Of a stretch of 39,650 nt of DNA, positions 23,643 to 35,382 are shown piece by piece. The stretch is from Catajapyx aquilonaris (Eukaryota). Below the pieces are notes generated by a model. That model did no database searches, was not told the DNA's origin, and saw nothing but the letters and a program-made list of their open reading frames with translations. The translations under genes and the position numbers were made by a program. The stretch is from contig JYFJ02003652.1 in assembly GCA_000934665.2 (NCBI GenBank), positions 1 through 39,650 of the forward strand, given 5' to 3'. Every line of letters begins with the position of its first letter. Position 1 is the stretch's first letter.

Positions 23643-24122
23643 CGGTGTTGAGCCATGTTGGGGTTGGAACAACCACTCTTGTGACCTTCCAGTCCAACAG
23701 CCAGGCACAGAATGGATAGTTGATGGCGATGTAAACAACCAGAACACCCAGGAAGACTCTATCTCACCAGGGGGTGCTTGTTGACAGATGTCTCCTAGGC
23801 GACGGTGTTGAGCCATGATGGGGTTGGAACAACCACTCTTGTGACCTTCCAGTCCAACAGCCAGGCACAGAATGGATTGCTGATGGCGATGTAAACAACC
23901 AGAACACCCAGGAAGACTCCATCTCACCAGGAGGTGCTTGTTGACAGATGTCTCCTAGGCGACGGTGTTGAGCCATGATGGGGTTGGAACAACCACTCTT
24001 GTGACCTTCCAGTCCAACAGCCAGGCACAGAATGGATTGCTGATGGCGATGTAAACAACCAGAACACCCAGGAAGACTCTATCTCACCAGGGGGTGCTTG
24101 TTGACAGATGTCTCCTAGGCGA
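23643..24122. repeat. Three near-identical 160-bp tandem units
   Basis: Units start at 23643, 23803 and 23963 and differ at only a few positions. Confidence 0.95.
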
Positions 24123-24369
24123 CAATACCAGAAAACCAGAAAAACCAGAAAAGTGTGTTCATGGGATATATAATAATTATAGTACAAGTTGTAGTCAAAC
24201 TCCATATTCGACATTAGCCTACATTACATGGGAAAAAGAAATAGGATGAGAAGTAATTTTAAAACTCAGAAAAAAAAACTTGCTTTGTTGCACTTTTACT
24301 GTGGTGGAATCTGATTCTAACAAAAAAAAGGTGACACAAGCAGTAGTGATAGGCAATTAGGCATACTGA

Positions 24370-24730
24370 CAGGGGAGGCGGAGTGGTGCTGCGGTAATGT
24401 ATGCGCCCACGGATGTTAAGGTCCCAGGTTCGATCCCAGCCCGGGGACACCCCCTTCATCTCGTGCAGAGTTCAGGGTCACCTCTGGCTTCGTCTCGGGT
24501 GGTATTTCCACAGACTAAACCACCCGGGGGAGTTCACTAAAAATGGCCACAGCGTCAGATGCACTGCACCTTGCACATCCCCTCCTGTCATCCTGCCCGT
24601 GGGCCCGGGCTGTAATTAAATAGGCACCACGTACTGAACAACTCAAAATACAATAAAGGTCCATGCGATATACCCGGGAAGGAGTGAAAGCATTACCCAC
24701 AAAATATTCTTCTTCTTCTTCTTCTTCTTC

Positions 24731-24786
<56 letters not shown>
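24370..24786 (+). mobile_element. tRNA-derived SINE, family 2, with (CTT)n(ATT)n tail
   Basis: A-box-like GGCGGAGTGG and B box GGTTCGATCC; related to 17362-17852. Confidence 0.85.
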
Positions 24787-26000
24787 GTGTTAGAACTAGT
24801 GGGGGTTTCTCTGACTGGTTTAACATTAGTGTTGGGGTTAAGCAGGGTTGTGTCATGTCTCCCTGGTTATTTAACTTGTACTTAGATGCATGTGTAAGGG
24901 AAGCTATGGTTGAAGGTGTAGGAGTGCAGTTTGGGGATGAGTTAGTTAGTCACTTGCTGTATGCAGATGATTCTGCCCTTCTGGCGGAGAGTGAGGCTGA
25001 TTTACAGTTGATCCTATGCAAGTTAGATAATGTTTGTGAAAAGAGGGGTATGAGGATTAATGTAGATAAGACTAAGGTATTGGTATTTGAGAGGGGACAG
25101 CAGGTTTCTCCTTGTACGTTGCAGGTACGAGGAAAACTGGTTGAGCAGGTCAGCCAGTTTGTATACCTGGGTAGTGTCCTTGAGAGTAATGGTAGAATAA
25201 TTGATGGGGAGATTGACAGGAGAGTTAGTTCTGGGTTGAAAGTAATAGGTGCCACAAGTAGGTTTTCTAGAAATAAGGACTTATCTTCTGCCTGTAGGTT
25301 GTCTGTCTATTCTCACGTTATTGTTCCTTCACTTATGTGTGGTAGTGAAGCGTGGGATTGGTCAGATAGGCTTAAGAGTAGGGTGTTGGCTACAGAGATG
25401 CGTTATCTCCGGGCTGTTTGTGGGGTTACCAAGTTCGATAGGATTAGGAATGAGGAGATTTTGGAGAGGTGTAATGTTAAGGAGACTGTTAAAGATAAGG
25501 TGTGTAGGTCTACTCTAAGGTGGTTTGGCCATGTGGAGAGGATGAAGGAGGAGGAGATTGTGAAGAAGGTTTATTTGGGTGTCAGAGTAGTTGGTAAGAG
25601 GGGCAAGGGTAGGCCTAGGAAGACATGGTTGGACCAGGAGGGTCAGTGTCTTAAGGGTGCTGCTAGTGTTAAGCCGAGACGTTCTTGTGTCAATAGGACC
25701 ATGGACGTGGCTGAGGCTAGGGTTGTTTGTTTGGATAGGTGTAAATGGCGTAGGTTAATTAATGGGTAAATAGGTAAATACGTCTGAGGATAAGGTGATG
25801 TCTGAGGTGGGCAGGGGTGGGGGGTGGGACGGGTTGTTTTTAGGTTTATTCTCATGAGTTTTATTAGTTTATTGTTGGGTTAGCTTGCGTCTCCCTTCAT
25901 CGCTGACTACCCCTCACAGGGAAATGTCGTGATGTTGTTGTTGTTGTTATTATTATTATTCTTCTTCTTCTTATTATTATTCTTATTATTCTTATTATTA
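24787..26000 (+). mobile_element. 5'-truncated RTE-clade LINE (C-terminal reverse transcriptase ORF 24787-25769, 3' UTR, (GTT)n tail)
   Basis: GVKQGCVMSPWLFN, LLYADD, YLGS, LRWFGHVERM and GRPRKTW motifs typical of RTE/BovB ORFs. The frame is open throughout. Confidence 0.95.
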
Positions 26001-27092
26001 TAGGCATACTGATGTCCAGAACTGTATGCTAGATTAGTTTTTCCATTTTTGTACTGACAAGTTGGAATAGCCTACATCACAAAAAATGGAAATATTTTAT
26101 GATTGTGCGACCTTTGATCTCACCATTTTATGTGTTAAATATTTGAAACATAATCTATGCAGATTTTCTGTTAAAAGTCTGGGTCTTTGTAAAAGAACGA
26201 GAGAAACCCAAATTTTCCTAGGAAAAAACGAAAAATCAGGTTTTCCCTGGCCTTTACAACACTAGCCCTAACTGTGACAGTCTGGCCGAATCCGGGACAA
26301 ATGGGTGTCCCGAATGACACTTGAAAAAATCAGGGACAAAGGATGAAAATTCGGGACTGCCCCGGAAAATTCGGGTTGTCTTATCACGTTTACAGTTATT
26401 TTCCATTTGGAATATATGACTTACATCATCCACCACATACAATATTTGCGAAGGTGCGGTTTTATACCTTAAAATAGCTGATTTGAACTATTAATAGACC
26501 TATGTTTGAGGTCCGGGGGGAGGGGGTACTCCTCGGTACTCCCAGGTGGTTACTCCTTGGCACTCCTTGGTACTCCGGTGTACACTTTTCAGTCGAGTGA
26601 TTATACCCCCTTGAAAACAACATGACCACTGTTCCACACCCTGCCTATTCGTTTGTCCTGGCCCAATGTGATTTCTATATCTTCCCTAAAATGAAATTTG
26701 GGTAGAAAAGGAGGCATGTTGACTCCACTAAAGAGATCTAAGCAAAATCGCAGCAGGTGTTGAACACACTACTGTTGCCCGCCCCCCCCCCCTTTTNCCC
26801 TTTTTTTGGTGCTTCCAAAAATGGTAAATTCGCTGGAATTGTTGTATACGCGCCCAAGGTGACTACTTTGAAGGTGGCAGTGGAAATTAGGACTTAAAAT
26901 AAATATTCATGTTTTTATGAACACAGTCCGGGAACTTTTCGATCACACCTCGAATATGTGCTGCAGAGTAATTCAGCAATACCACAAAAATTCATACTCG
27001 CAAAATTATTCTGACTGGTTTGATCTAAACAGGGGAAACAACAACCAAAAAAAAAAAAAAGTGAAACTCACAGTCAGTGTGACATTGAGAGC

Positions 27093-27098
27093 TTTATT
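27093..27098 (-). terminator. Putative poly(A) signal AATAAA of G3 (equivalent for G4 at 35770-35775)
   Basis: AATAAA on the minus strand about 550-600 nt downstream of the stop, conserved in G3 and G4. Confidence 0.45.
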
Positions 27099-27640
27099 TA
27101 TTCCAGAATACATTTTCTACACTATGACCAAAATTATTGTTGGGTCGTGCTGTGGAAAAAAGAGATTCTACACTTGTTAAAACAACATGAATTGAACAGC
27201 CACCACCAGATGTCATGAGGTGCAATAATGAAGTACTTTCTCAGTAGGTACGGTTGCAAGTGAACTGTTACATTGCCATGCTCATTTTCAACAAACGTTT
27301 CAACCTTTTCATATCACCTGCATAGCAATGTATACCAACTCTGCCAACTCTGCCAATGGGGTGTGCATATTTCCCTCCACTTATGTATGGCATAGTCTGC
27401 AATCCAAATCGCCCAGCACACATCTCCATTAGCCTACCATAACACTTGCATCTGTATAACTAGCTGGCTTTAATTATAACTCTTATGACTGACATATCAG
27501 TCCTGATATTTAACCAAATTAGTGCTGCTGGTTAAAAATTTGCTGAATAATGAAACTGCCTTAAATCCAATGCCCAGATATGTGATGAATCATGCAAGAA
27601 TTCCCACAAAGTTTGAAGTTGTCTTTGGATCTATTAAAAT

Positions 27641-28297
27641 TCATTTTCTCTTCATGTGCAACTTTATGCCTTGCCTATGCACTAATTTCATATGGGTATG
27701 CATCTTACCTTTTCGGTTGAAATTTTTCCCACAAGTGCTACATTCAAAAGGCTTCTCACCTGAGTGAATTAACATGTGCTGGTGTAAGTGTGCTGACCGA
27801 CCAAATCTTTTCCCACAAGTGATGCATTCAAAATGCTTCTCACCAGAGTGAATTAACATGTGCCGGTGTAAGTGTCCTCTACGAACAAATCTTTTGCCAC
27901 AAATCGTGCAATGGAATGGTTTCAATCCTGTGTGACTCCTCCTGTGAAGAACCATGTGAAACTTACAAACAAATTTCTTGTCACACATATCACATGAGTA
28001 AGGCCTAACACCAAGATGGACATCCTTGCAATGCCTTTGTAACCCCCACTTTGAAGTGTACCTCTTATCACAATCACTGCATGGGTAAGGTCCACCATCA
28101 GATCTGAGTCTTTCATGGCCAGTCAACTTCTGCTTTACTTGAGTGTGGACTGATCCTGGCTTCTTCTTGTTTGCTGTCTTTTCCCTTGGTTTCTTTTTCA
28201 AGCCCACACACAAATTATCTGAAGTTGCATCATTCCTATGGAAGTCTCCAGTGGTTCTCGAAGTATTTGTTTCAGCTGATTGCATATTGCAGTTACT
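27641..28297 (-). CDS. G3 terminal exon: five C2H2 fingers (frame open; third finger of G2/G4 deleted in frame)
   Basis: ORF 27641..28339. HRRSHTG joins directly to LKPFHC, so the 28-aa finger present in G2 and G4 is missing. Confidence 0.85.
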   Translation of the reverse strand, partial: SNCNMQSAETNTSRTTGDFHRNDATSDNLCVGLKKKPREKTANKKKPGSVHTQVKQKLTGHERLRSDGGPYPCSDCDKRYTSKWGLQRHCKDVHLGVRPYSCDMCDKKFVCKFHMVLHRRSHTGLKPFHCTICGKRFVRRGHLHRHMLIHSGEKHFECITCGKRFGRSAHLHQHMLIHSGEKPFECSTCGKNFNRKGKMHTHMKLVHRQGIKLHMKRK

Positions 28298-28437
28298 CTT
28301 TAAAAAAAATTCAACATTACTACTGCACGAATTAAACACACCATCAAAAAGGTTTTAGTGTTGTTCAATGATCCAATCTTGAACAGCGGTACACTCTCAA
28401 TTCCAAGATAGGAGTCACATGATGGACAGGCAATAAA

Positions 28438-28988
28438 GGACCTCATGCATTAAGCATACTAAAAAGGATCCCAAAATTGATTTCTTCGTGTTTCGGATAT
28501 GTTGTTGGGGGTGACGAGTAGGCCCCGTGTGCAAAAGGAGCAGCCTCGATTGGCCGGGGTTTGGCTTGTAGGCCGGTCAAGTGACCTAGCCTTTTAAAAA
28601 TCACCACGCCCAAACGACTTTGATTATTTAAGAAATTATTTTTGGCATGGAGGTATATCTAGCCTAGTACTATCTAACTCTACGATAGAATTCTATCTAG
28701 CTCATCTCTGATTGGCCGAAATAGACAACTAATGAATAACAAGTGACCTTTTTACCAATTTAAAGCTGACCGCCCAACATGACGTATACCTTATTTGACA
28801 GCTCCAAAGAAGTTTTACGCCATATTAAAAAATCAGACAATTCTATCCGTGGACACTACCCTTATAATTCACACAAATGTACTACTGTTGTACATTTGTG
28901 TGAATTATAAGCCACCCCCAACAACATATCCGAAACATGAAGAAATCAATTTCGGGATCCTTTTTAGTATGCTTAATGCATGAGGTCC
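28438..28988. mobile_element. MITE with about 75-bp TIRs
   Basis: GGACCTCATGCATTAAGCATACTAAAAAGGATCCC inverted at both ends, flanked by AAA; absent from G2 and G4. Superfamily uncertain. Confidence 0.85.
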
Positions 28989-30095
28989 AAAGCACTTGGG
29001 CTCTCAATCAGTTAAATTTTTCAACTTTCAACTGTGAAGCCATTGGCTTTTAACTATTGGTCAGCATTTGCGAATGGATTTTAGTACATAGTGAGCTAGT
29101 TCACAATCAATAGTGTTCACTATGAACACAGCTGATGACGTTTTATGGGTTTATCTGGCGGTTATCTGGTTTTGCCACATTTTCACATATATGTAATGCT
29201 CATCTTCCTCTCCCTCCCACTCTCGCCTCATAAATATGTGAATCACGAACTGCCTTAGGAGTCAGAAATAACATACCCTTCCCCTAAAGACAAATTGCAA
29301 CCTCAAATGGCCCCTAATTAATTTGGCAACACCTACCTTCCCTCTTCGATTCTTCCTCTTCCGCTTCAATACAGCACAGGTCTTATCATCTGAGTGACTT
29401 GCAGGAATATACTCATCCCCCGAGTCACTAAGATCAGAAAAGGACTGCTCACTGTCCTCTTTGTCCTCATAAACAGGAGCCTGCAACATGTAGAATCAAT
29501 CATAGAGAGGATCTAAATCCACACAATCCTATGCTACCATACTGTCCATCCTGTAGCCCTGTCAGGCATTGTACGTCGCCCATGCATGATAATTTTAGTT
29601 AAAGAGGATCGCTAGCGGAGCTAGGCCCTTATTGGGAGTTTTGAATTCTCAATATTTACCGCACTGTCTGTCTTGTGGAGCCGCAGGCCAATGAACGTTT
29701 GCCACATCCACATCACGCAACACCCACATCTACTCCGCCACAAGGCGAACAGTAATGCTGGGAACACACAACCCCCAAATTACTTGTAAAATTGCCATGT
29801 ACTACATTGCATTCCCTCAAGAATGGGAGTAACTGTTTCAACAAAGGAACAGCTAGTTGTTTATTTTCATTTATTGATTGTTATTACTTGCAATTTCAAA
29901 ATTCAATTCCTCTTGAACCAAACATTTCCGAACACTAGGAATCAGGACCGGCGCAACACACTTAGCGCGCTAAGCATGGCACGGGCGCGCCGAAGAAAAA
30001 TGGAAAGCCACTGCGCCAGGCGTAGAGCACTGCATATTTACTTCTGAAAGTTAACCTGCAATGTTAATTTATGTCATGATGATTGAAAACACAGA

Positions 30096-30371
30096 ACCGA
30101 AGCAGGTTGGCATAGTGGATAAGGCGTCCGACTGCTAATCGGGAGGTCCTGGGTTCGAATCCCGGGGCCGACAACTCTGACCGTGGTTTTCTGTGGTTTC
30201 CCACGGTCCTTCCAGGGAATTTCCGGAGTTGCTTCCGTAATTAATAGGCCACAGCCGCTTCCTTCCGTCCCTATCCTATCCCAAAGAGCACTGTAAAATG
30301 AAAAAGCAAAGAGAGTTCCAGGCAAAACAAACTTCCCCCCTAAAGAGCCGATGGCTCATAACGGGATATGA

Positions 30372-30437
<66 letters not shown>
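30096..30437 (+). mobile_element. tRNA-derived SINE, family 1, long (ATT)n tail
   Basis: Close to 5158-5452; 14-bp TSD ATTGAAAACACAGA. Confidence 0.95.
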
Positions 30438-30440
<3 letters not shown>

Positions 30441-30481
30441 GAAAACACAGACTGAGTGAACCTGGAGTACTTGTACTATCA

Positions 30482-30590
30482 GTCCAACAAGAATTGTCGC
30501 AGCGGCAGCGCACGAACTACAATCTAAGAGCACAGGGACACGAGAGACTGTAGTTCGTGCGCTGCCGCTGCGACAATATTCTTGTTGGAC
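30482..30590. repeat. Short palindromic (MITE-like) hairpin
   Basis: gtccaacaagaattgtcgcagcggcagcgcacgaactaca and its inverted copy. Confidence 0.7.
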
Positions 30591-31136
30591 ACCAGGTACA
30601 TCAGAAATGCATTTGTAAGTATAGAGAGTGTAGGCTGTCGTAAAACATGAGGGTGCCGAATTTCAGGCTTNGGGGGGGGGGGGGGGCTGGAAACTCCAGA
30701 ACTGGTCCTGCTAGGAATAGTGTCTTTCGACTCAGCTCATCAACTAGATTCAGTAAATATAAGAAACCAGAAAGACTTTCGTGGGGCTAAACTGCACCCT
30801 TAGTAATACAATATGTCCTGCAGTTCCCCTGATCCAATTATGTGACTTCCTGTCACACTCTTCTGATGAACAATATGCCGTACTTACAGTGCGGAAAATG
30901 AAACAGCCATCTGACTTCATCAAGGTTTCCATGGTAATACCCTAACAGGACAATATGAGTATACAGCAGCCACAAAAAGCAACACTACTGTAAGAATGGA
31001 TGACATCAGATCGTTGCTTGGTTTTCCACACCGTACATAGTTTTCAAGTTCTATAACGGAAATATTTCACGGCTGGGAACAATGAAGCATACGTTTATGT
31101 CTTATGTAAATGGTAGTACACAAACTTGGCAATGTA

Positions 31137-31301
31137 CTGCCGTCAGATGTAAGAAGACAGTAACTCAAAAACCAGTAGGGGTGAAAGTCGCATGCATGCC
31201 CTGCACTCATCCCCTCTGAGTCAGGGGGATTAGTGCAGGGCATGCATGGGATTTTCACCCTTACTAGTATATGAGTTATGGTCTTCTGACATCCGACGGC
31301 A
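31137..31301. mobile_element. Small palindromic MITE
   Basis: TIR CTGCCGTC(A/G)GATGT.AGAAGAC; absent from the homologous G1 intron at about 5750. Confidence 0.7.
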
Positions 31302-31594
31302 GCATAGGCCTATATCTCGTAAATTATTGGCAAAATAGAATAGATCACTAATATTTTAATATTTAAAAAAGAATGCAAGTTTCGGAAAGTAGCCAAAAAA
31401 TGTCGTCCTCACTGTTGAAAATGGAAAACATTTACTTTTTCTCAACATAACATTACTCACAGATGCTCTTTTGTTCCTGGGCAAGGAGATGGCTCACTTG
31501 ATGGGTCAGCTGCAGCAGATGGCATGGATTCATCCCCATCAGGTTCAGTGCCACTTTAGACTTCTGAAGCAGCACCCTAGGGCAGTACATAATA

Positions 31595-32229
31595 GCAACA
31601 AACTTTTGGTGGCAGCGTACGGATACGCGAAGGCACAACCAGTTCAAAGATCTGTCCCAATAGGTTGGCGCAGGGATGTCAATAAGCTGTTACCCCCAGG
31701 TATCTATACGTAAATGCTTAACTCCAACCCAAGTGAGGTGCTCACTTACTTGACAGATTTTTACGCCAAGCAAGAAGAGGAACTTTTGGCATACAATATT
31801 TCCTACGTCCCATACTCCGCAGCCAAATCTCTAACCTACCCGGAACTCTATTGGTCTTATAATCTCCCACTAAACCCACTGCGCACTTGGATTCGATTGC
31901 GTGGTTTACCAAAAGTTTTCTGGTTTCAAAACTACAAGTTTTCATTTGACGGCGAACCATGTGTGTGGTGTAATACGGCCTCCGAATTTGACCACTTTCA
32001 TCTTCTTTTTGACTGTCCTTTTTTTTGTACCCCTCGCTCTCTACACCTGGCAGACTTACCCCGTATGCCGCCTGACAAACTAGCTTTTGTGTTCAATAAC
32101 CCCTCAAAAAGACTGTTATTAGATATGCATTATTTTTTCTGTGAATGTCAAAAAAAGTGTGTATAATGACTGTATATTTGGTTGTGGTGTCCCCCTTAAA
32201 GGGTTAGCTCTAACCCTATAGTCGGGGTA

Positions 32230-32264
<35 letters not shown>

Positions 32265-32265
32265 A
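31595..32265 (+). mobile_element. 3' fragment of a non-LTR retrotransposon
   Basis: ORF 31714..32166 has a C-x2-C...H-x4-C knuckle (CVWC...HLLFDC) followed by a (TAAA)n tail. It replaces intron sequence seen in G1 and G2. Confidence 0.75.
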
Positions 32266-33829
32266 TATGCAATTCGGAAGAAAAAGATGGGATTATAAAC
32301 TAGTTTTTTGGCACTTAGGGCGTCAGACATGTCCCTCTTCAATATATATTATCTACTGAGACTAATAGTTGTGGATCATGATTCAATGCTACAACTGACC
32401 AATGCACTATCCATACGGAGGGACAGCCATTCCACAGATCCCGTATCATACTTGATAGTTTCCTTTCAAATATAATGAAATTTCTCCTACCTCAATATTT
32501 TGCAAATTCGAGTGTTCTGCTTCCTGCTGTGAGTCTCCCCTGTCCAGTGTGGATGGTCCAGGAGAATCTTCTGAGAGGACATCTCTGGAAGTGGACGCTG
32601 CTTCTCCATCTGCAGAAATGTGATGGAAATGTACTCTAATTCTTAAAATGTATGAGTTATAAATAAGAGGAGATATCCTAAACCCTGCACTCCCAAGAAC
32701 CTTCACTAGGATATTACAGAATGTTGTAAATATACTTAGGCTGAGTTCATACTAGGCGTTTTCGTCGCCCGACAAGTCGCTGAAAACAGAACACATGCAA
32801 AAGTACGGAGCACGACACACCATGACTACTTTCCTGCTTGGTTGCCGCCAAATGCAGCATGTTGCATTTTTGCTGCCGTGACTGAATGTACAGCCGGAAA
32901 CAGAACACATGGTTACCAGTACGCGCAGACACACCAGGCGATAAAATCGCGTGAAAAGTGAGCTGTGGGGAGTGGACTCGGGTTGCAGGGCTGCAGGGCT
33001 GCAGGGGAAGCATACTGGCATCTGGGACTAGCCTGAAGCCACTATGGTGTTTAAAGCCAATCTTTTATAGAAACTGTAGGTTTTACAGGGTCCTTTTTAT
33101 GGAAAAAAAATTCGTTTTTTAGTACTTTTTCGTCTATTTTTGCGGAACAGTGTAAGGGCTTTAAAAAAAATCGTTTAGCGTAATTGGCTCTTTAGAGACC
33201 CTACAATCAAGGAATAATAGTAGAACTTTCCTACGCAACCCTAGTACATGTGTGCAAAAGCCTAATCTTGGGTAAAATCGCGTTATTTCGTATTTTTGGT
33301 GATTTGACTTTTCGATTCCTGGGCTTTAAAATAAGTTTTTCAGTCAAATAATGGAAAATCTGGTGGGCATCACAATAATTATATTCTACCTGTGTTTGCC
33401 ATACTGCCATCCTCTGTGTCTGAATCAGATTGAATCTCACTCAAGTGGGCAGCAATTTCAATGCTGTTTGTGGATGATCCGGTTTCTGCTTCCAAGTCCT
33501 GATTCTACCATCACAGAGGAAAAAGTATTACTCTTCAGCTAACAATATTTCACATCTGCATAAGTAAACATTGTTCATTTGGCTTCAACAGTCTTGATTC
33601 TACCATTATATTATAGGAAAGGACATTACCATTATTAAGGTTAAACAAAAACTCTGGATTGAAAAATGTCATCTGTAGCAACACTGGTCAGCTTAATATT
33701 TCATTGCACAATGAAATTGTTATGTAAGTAATTTTCATTGGTCATCAGCAATCATTATTTCACAACCACTGCTAATAATGGAAAATTGACTTTACACAGA
33801 CACTGGCATTTGCAAATTTCTGCTCTCGA

Positions 33830-33962
33830 TGGTTTTGGTTTTTGGTCGCGTTGATGCTGCGGACCAATCATGACTCATGTAAACAAGCGCAACCCATTGT
33901 TTACAGCTTGTTTACATGGGTCATGATTGGTCCGCGGCGTCAACGCAACCAAAAACCAAAAT
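33830..33962. mobile_element. Palindromic MITE remnant
   Basis: Inverted arms ttttggtttttggtcgcgttga...gtaaacaagc; absent from the G1 and G2 introns. Confidence 0.6.
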
Positions 33963-34249
33963 CTTCGAAGGCCTGTGTGTATGGTCCTTTAACCAGATTG
34001 ATACAGACACCTGCACCTCCTTAGAGATGATAGGTCTTTTACAATGAAACCAAGTAAAGGTGGGTTTAATGTGAACGATTTGACTAGCGAAGTCTTCCCT
34101 GAGCAATAGCATCACTGAGTAACCCAAGTAACCGGTATTGTTTGAGGCGAAAATCTATTGTCACTTTCACCTCATACAATATTGGTTACTCGGCTTACTC
34201 AGCGATGTTAACGCTAGGCGATGACATCGTCCATCAAAGCGCTCGCAGT

Positions 34250-34413
34250 TACAGTGCGGAAGCCGAAATTGTGATCTGACGTCACCAAGGTTTCCATGAA
34301 AATACTCTTACTTAACTATATGCTACTGTTTACTCATATATGAGTAGACAGTAGCAACAAAAAGGAACACTGTAAGAAAGATGACATCATATCGTAATTT
34401 GGCTTTCCGCACT
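34250..34413. mobile_element. Old small MITE (related copies at about 5511-5659 and 30886-31034)
   Basis: Ends AGTGCGGAA / TTCCGCACT; shared body caaggtttccatg...tatgagta.acag...atgacatca.atc. Confidence 0.6.
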
Positions 34414-35349
34414 TTAGTTTACAGCATGGATATGTACTATGTTTATGTTCCTAAATATGACTCGGTTGCACCATAACGTCTCATACCCCTTAGATATTTC
34501 ATATTTGAGCTCGCAAATTCATTTGACCTAGCCATTCCCTATGAACGAGTAACTTCAGTCATTCTCACCCAGCAGTTGATCTCTTGTGGTCCTTCATTCT
34601 CCGCTATGACCTCCTCCTCCTCCTCCACCTGGTCCAGCTCAGTTTCGATGCTGTCCACAGGCACAGATTCTCCATTTTCAACTTGAGCATCAACTGAACA
34701 AGTGAGATCTTCAGAAGGTGAGTTCCCTGGATCATCTGCAGCTGAAGAGGTAAAGCACATTCCAGTCAAACCCTGACTCTCAGTCAGCACTCTCGTTCAC
34801 ATGTCACCCACAGAGGGCTTTTACATGGGATATATGGGAATGGTTGGTCATGGAGCATGTCAGCATGGGAAGGTCAGGTATGTTCAGAGAGCAACATGAC
34901 GGTCCAACTTTTTCACTATGGCGAGAGGTATACCCTGTAGCTCGTTAGGGAATAATTACATGTGATTTTAATTTGAGAGGGTTGGCAGCCCTGATTGGAA
35001 AGCGACCACGTCTTGTCTTACAACAACAGCGCCTCATGTCGAAATCCCCCTTTTAAAAAATGCACGTCCCCCTTCAACTCACCCTCTTCCTCCTCTTCAC
35101 TTATTCTGCAGCCACCACACCAGGCCCTTGCACCAGGCCCACTCCTTCAGGGCGCCCACGCCATCCTCCAGTGCCTCCAGTCGAGGCAAGATCAGCTCCA
35201 GGAGACGCTTCACGGTCAAGACTGTCTCCATCATCAGCTCCAGGTCCACGGGGGCCATGATGGCTCCCACCCCTTTCGACTCCTCTCTGCAACCCTGTTC
35301 CACCCACAATCCGGACCAACAAACGTCCACGAAACGTCTCAAGCAGGAC

Positions 35350-35382
35350 TCAAGAAGAGAAAATTCTCGCAACGGACGCCAT
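35350..35382 (-). promoter_or_regulatory. Candidate uORF MASVARIFSS* upstream of G3 start
   Basis: Differs from G1 only by synonymous TCT/TCC and AGG/AGA. Confidence 0.5.

Larger units (their letters stand above)
22804..26613. mobile_element. P- or hAT-type non-autonomous element nested in the mariner
   Basis: TIR CAAGGGGGTA / TACCCCCTTG and 8-bp TSD AAAACAAC (22796-22803 and 26614-26621). Removing it restores the mariner frame FLTKNNMTTVPHP. Confidence 0.85.
22210..26952 (+). mobile_element. Degenerate mariner element split by a 3.8-kb nested insertion
   Basis: TIRs CGAGGTGTGATC(A/G)AAAAGTTCCCGGACTGT at 22210 and 26952. Transposase fragments MLIIFFD..GIVH.EF.PPG.TVN..YY...WLLHHDNA (22557-22803) continue as MTTVPHPAYS..LA.CDFYIFPKMK...GDYFEG (26622-26876). 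Confidence 0.9.
27641..35258 (-). pseudogene. ZnF-family paralog G3, probable pseudogene
   Basis: Exons 35258-35083, 34741-34569, 33504-33390, 32609-32491, 31576-31461, 29480-29337 and 28297-27641. Lesions: 13-nt insertion in exon 1 (35118-35130), TCC>TAA at 31558-31556, a 16-nt deletion in the same exon, and a 1-nt deletion removing the ancestral stop. Confidence 0.8.

Noticed and set aside
23643..24122. CRISPR-like array or repeat-protein ORFs
   Set aside because: Units are contiguous with no unique spacers, the 160-bp period is not a multiple of 3, and the context is eukaryotic.
24663..24786. Poly-Ser/poly-Tyr N-terminus of the 368-aa ORF
   Set aside because: It is the translation of a SINE microsatellite tail that happens to be in frame with the truncated RTE ORF.
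32747..33021. Cys-rich ORFs suggestive of a THAP or other zinc-binding domain
   Set aside because: Motif spacing is unconvincing and the segment is absent from paralogs; probably an unclassified repeat.
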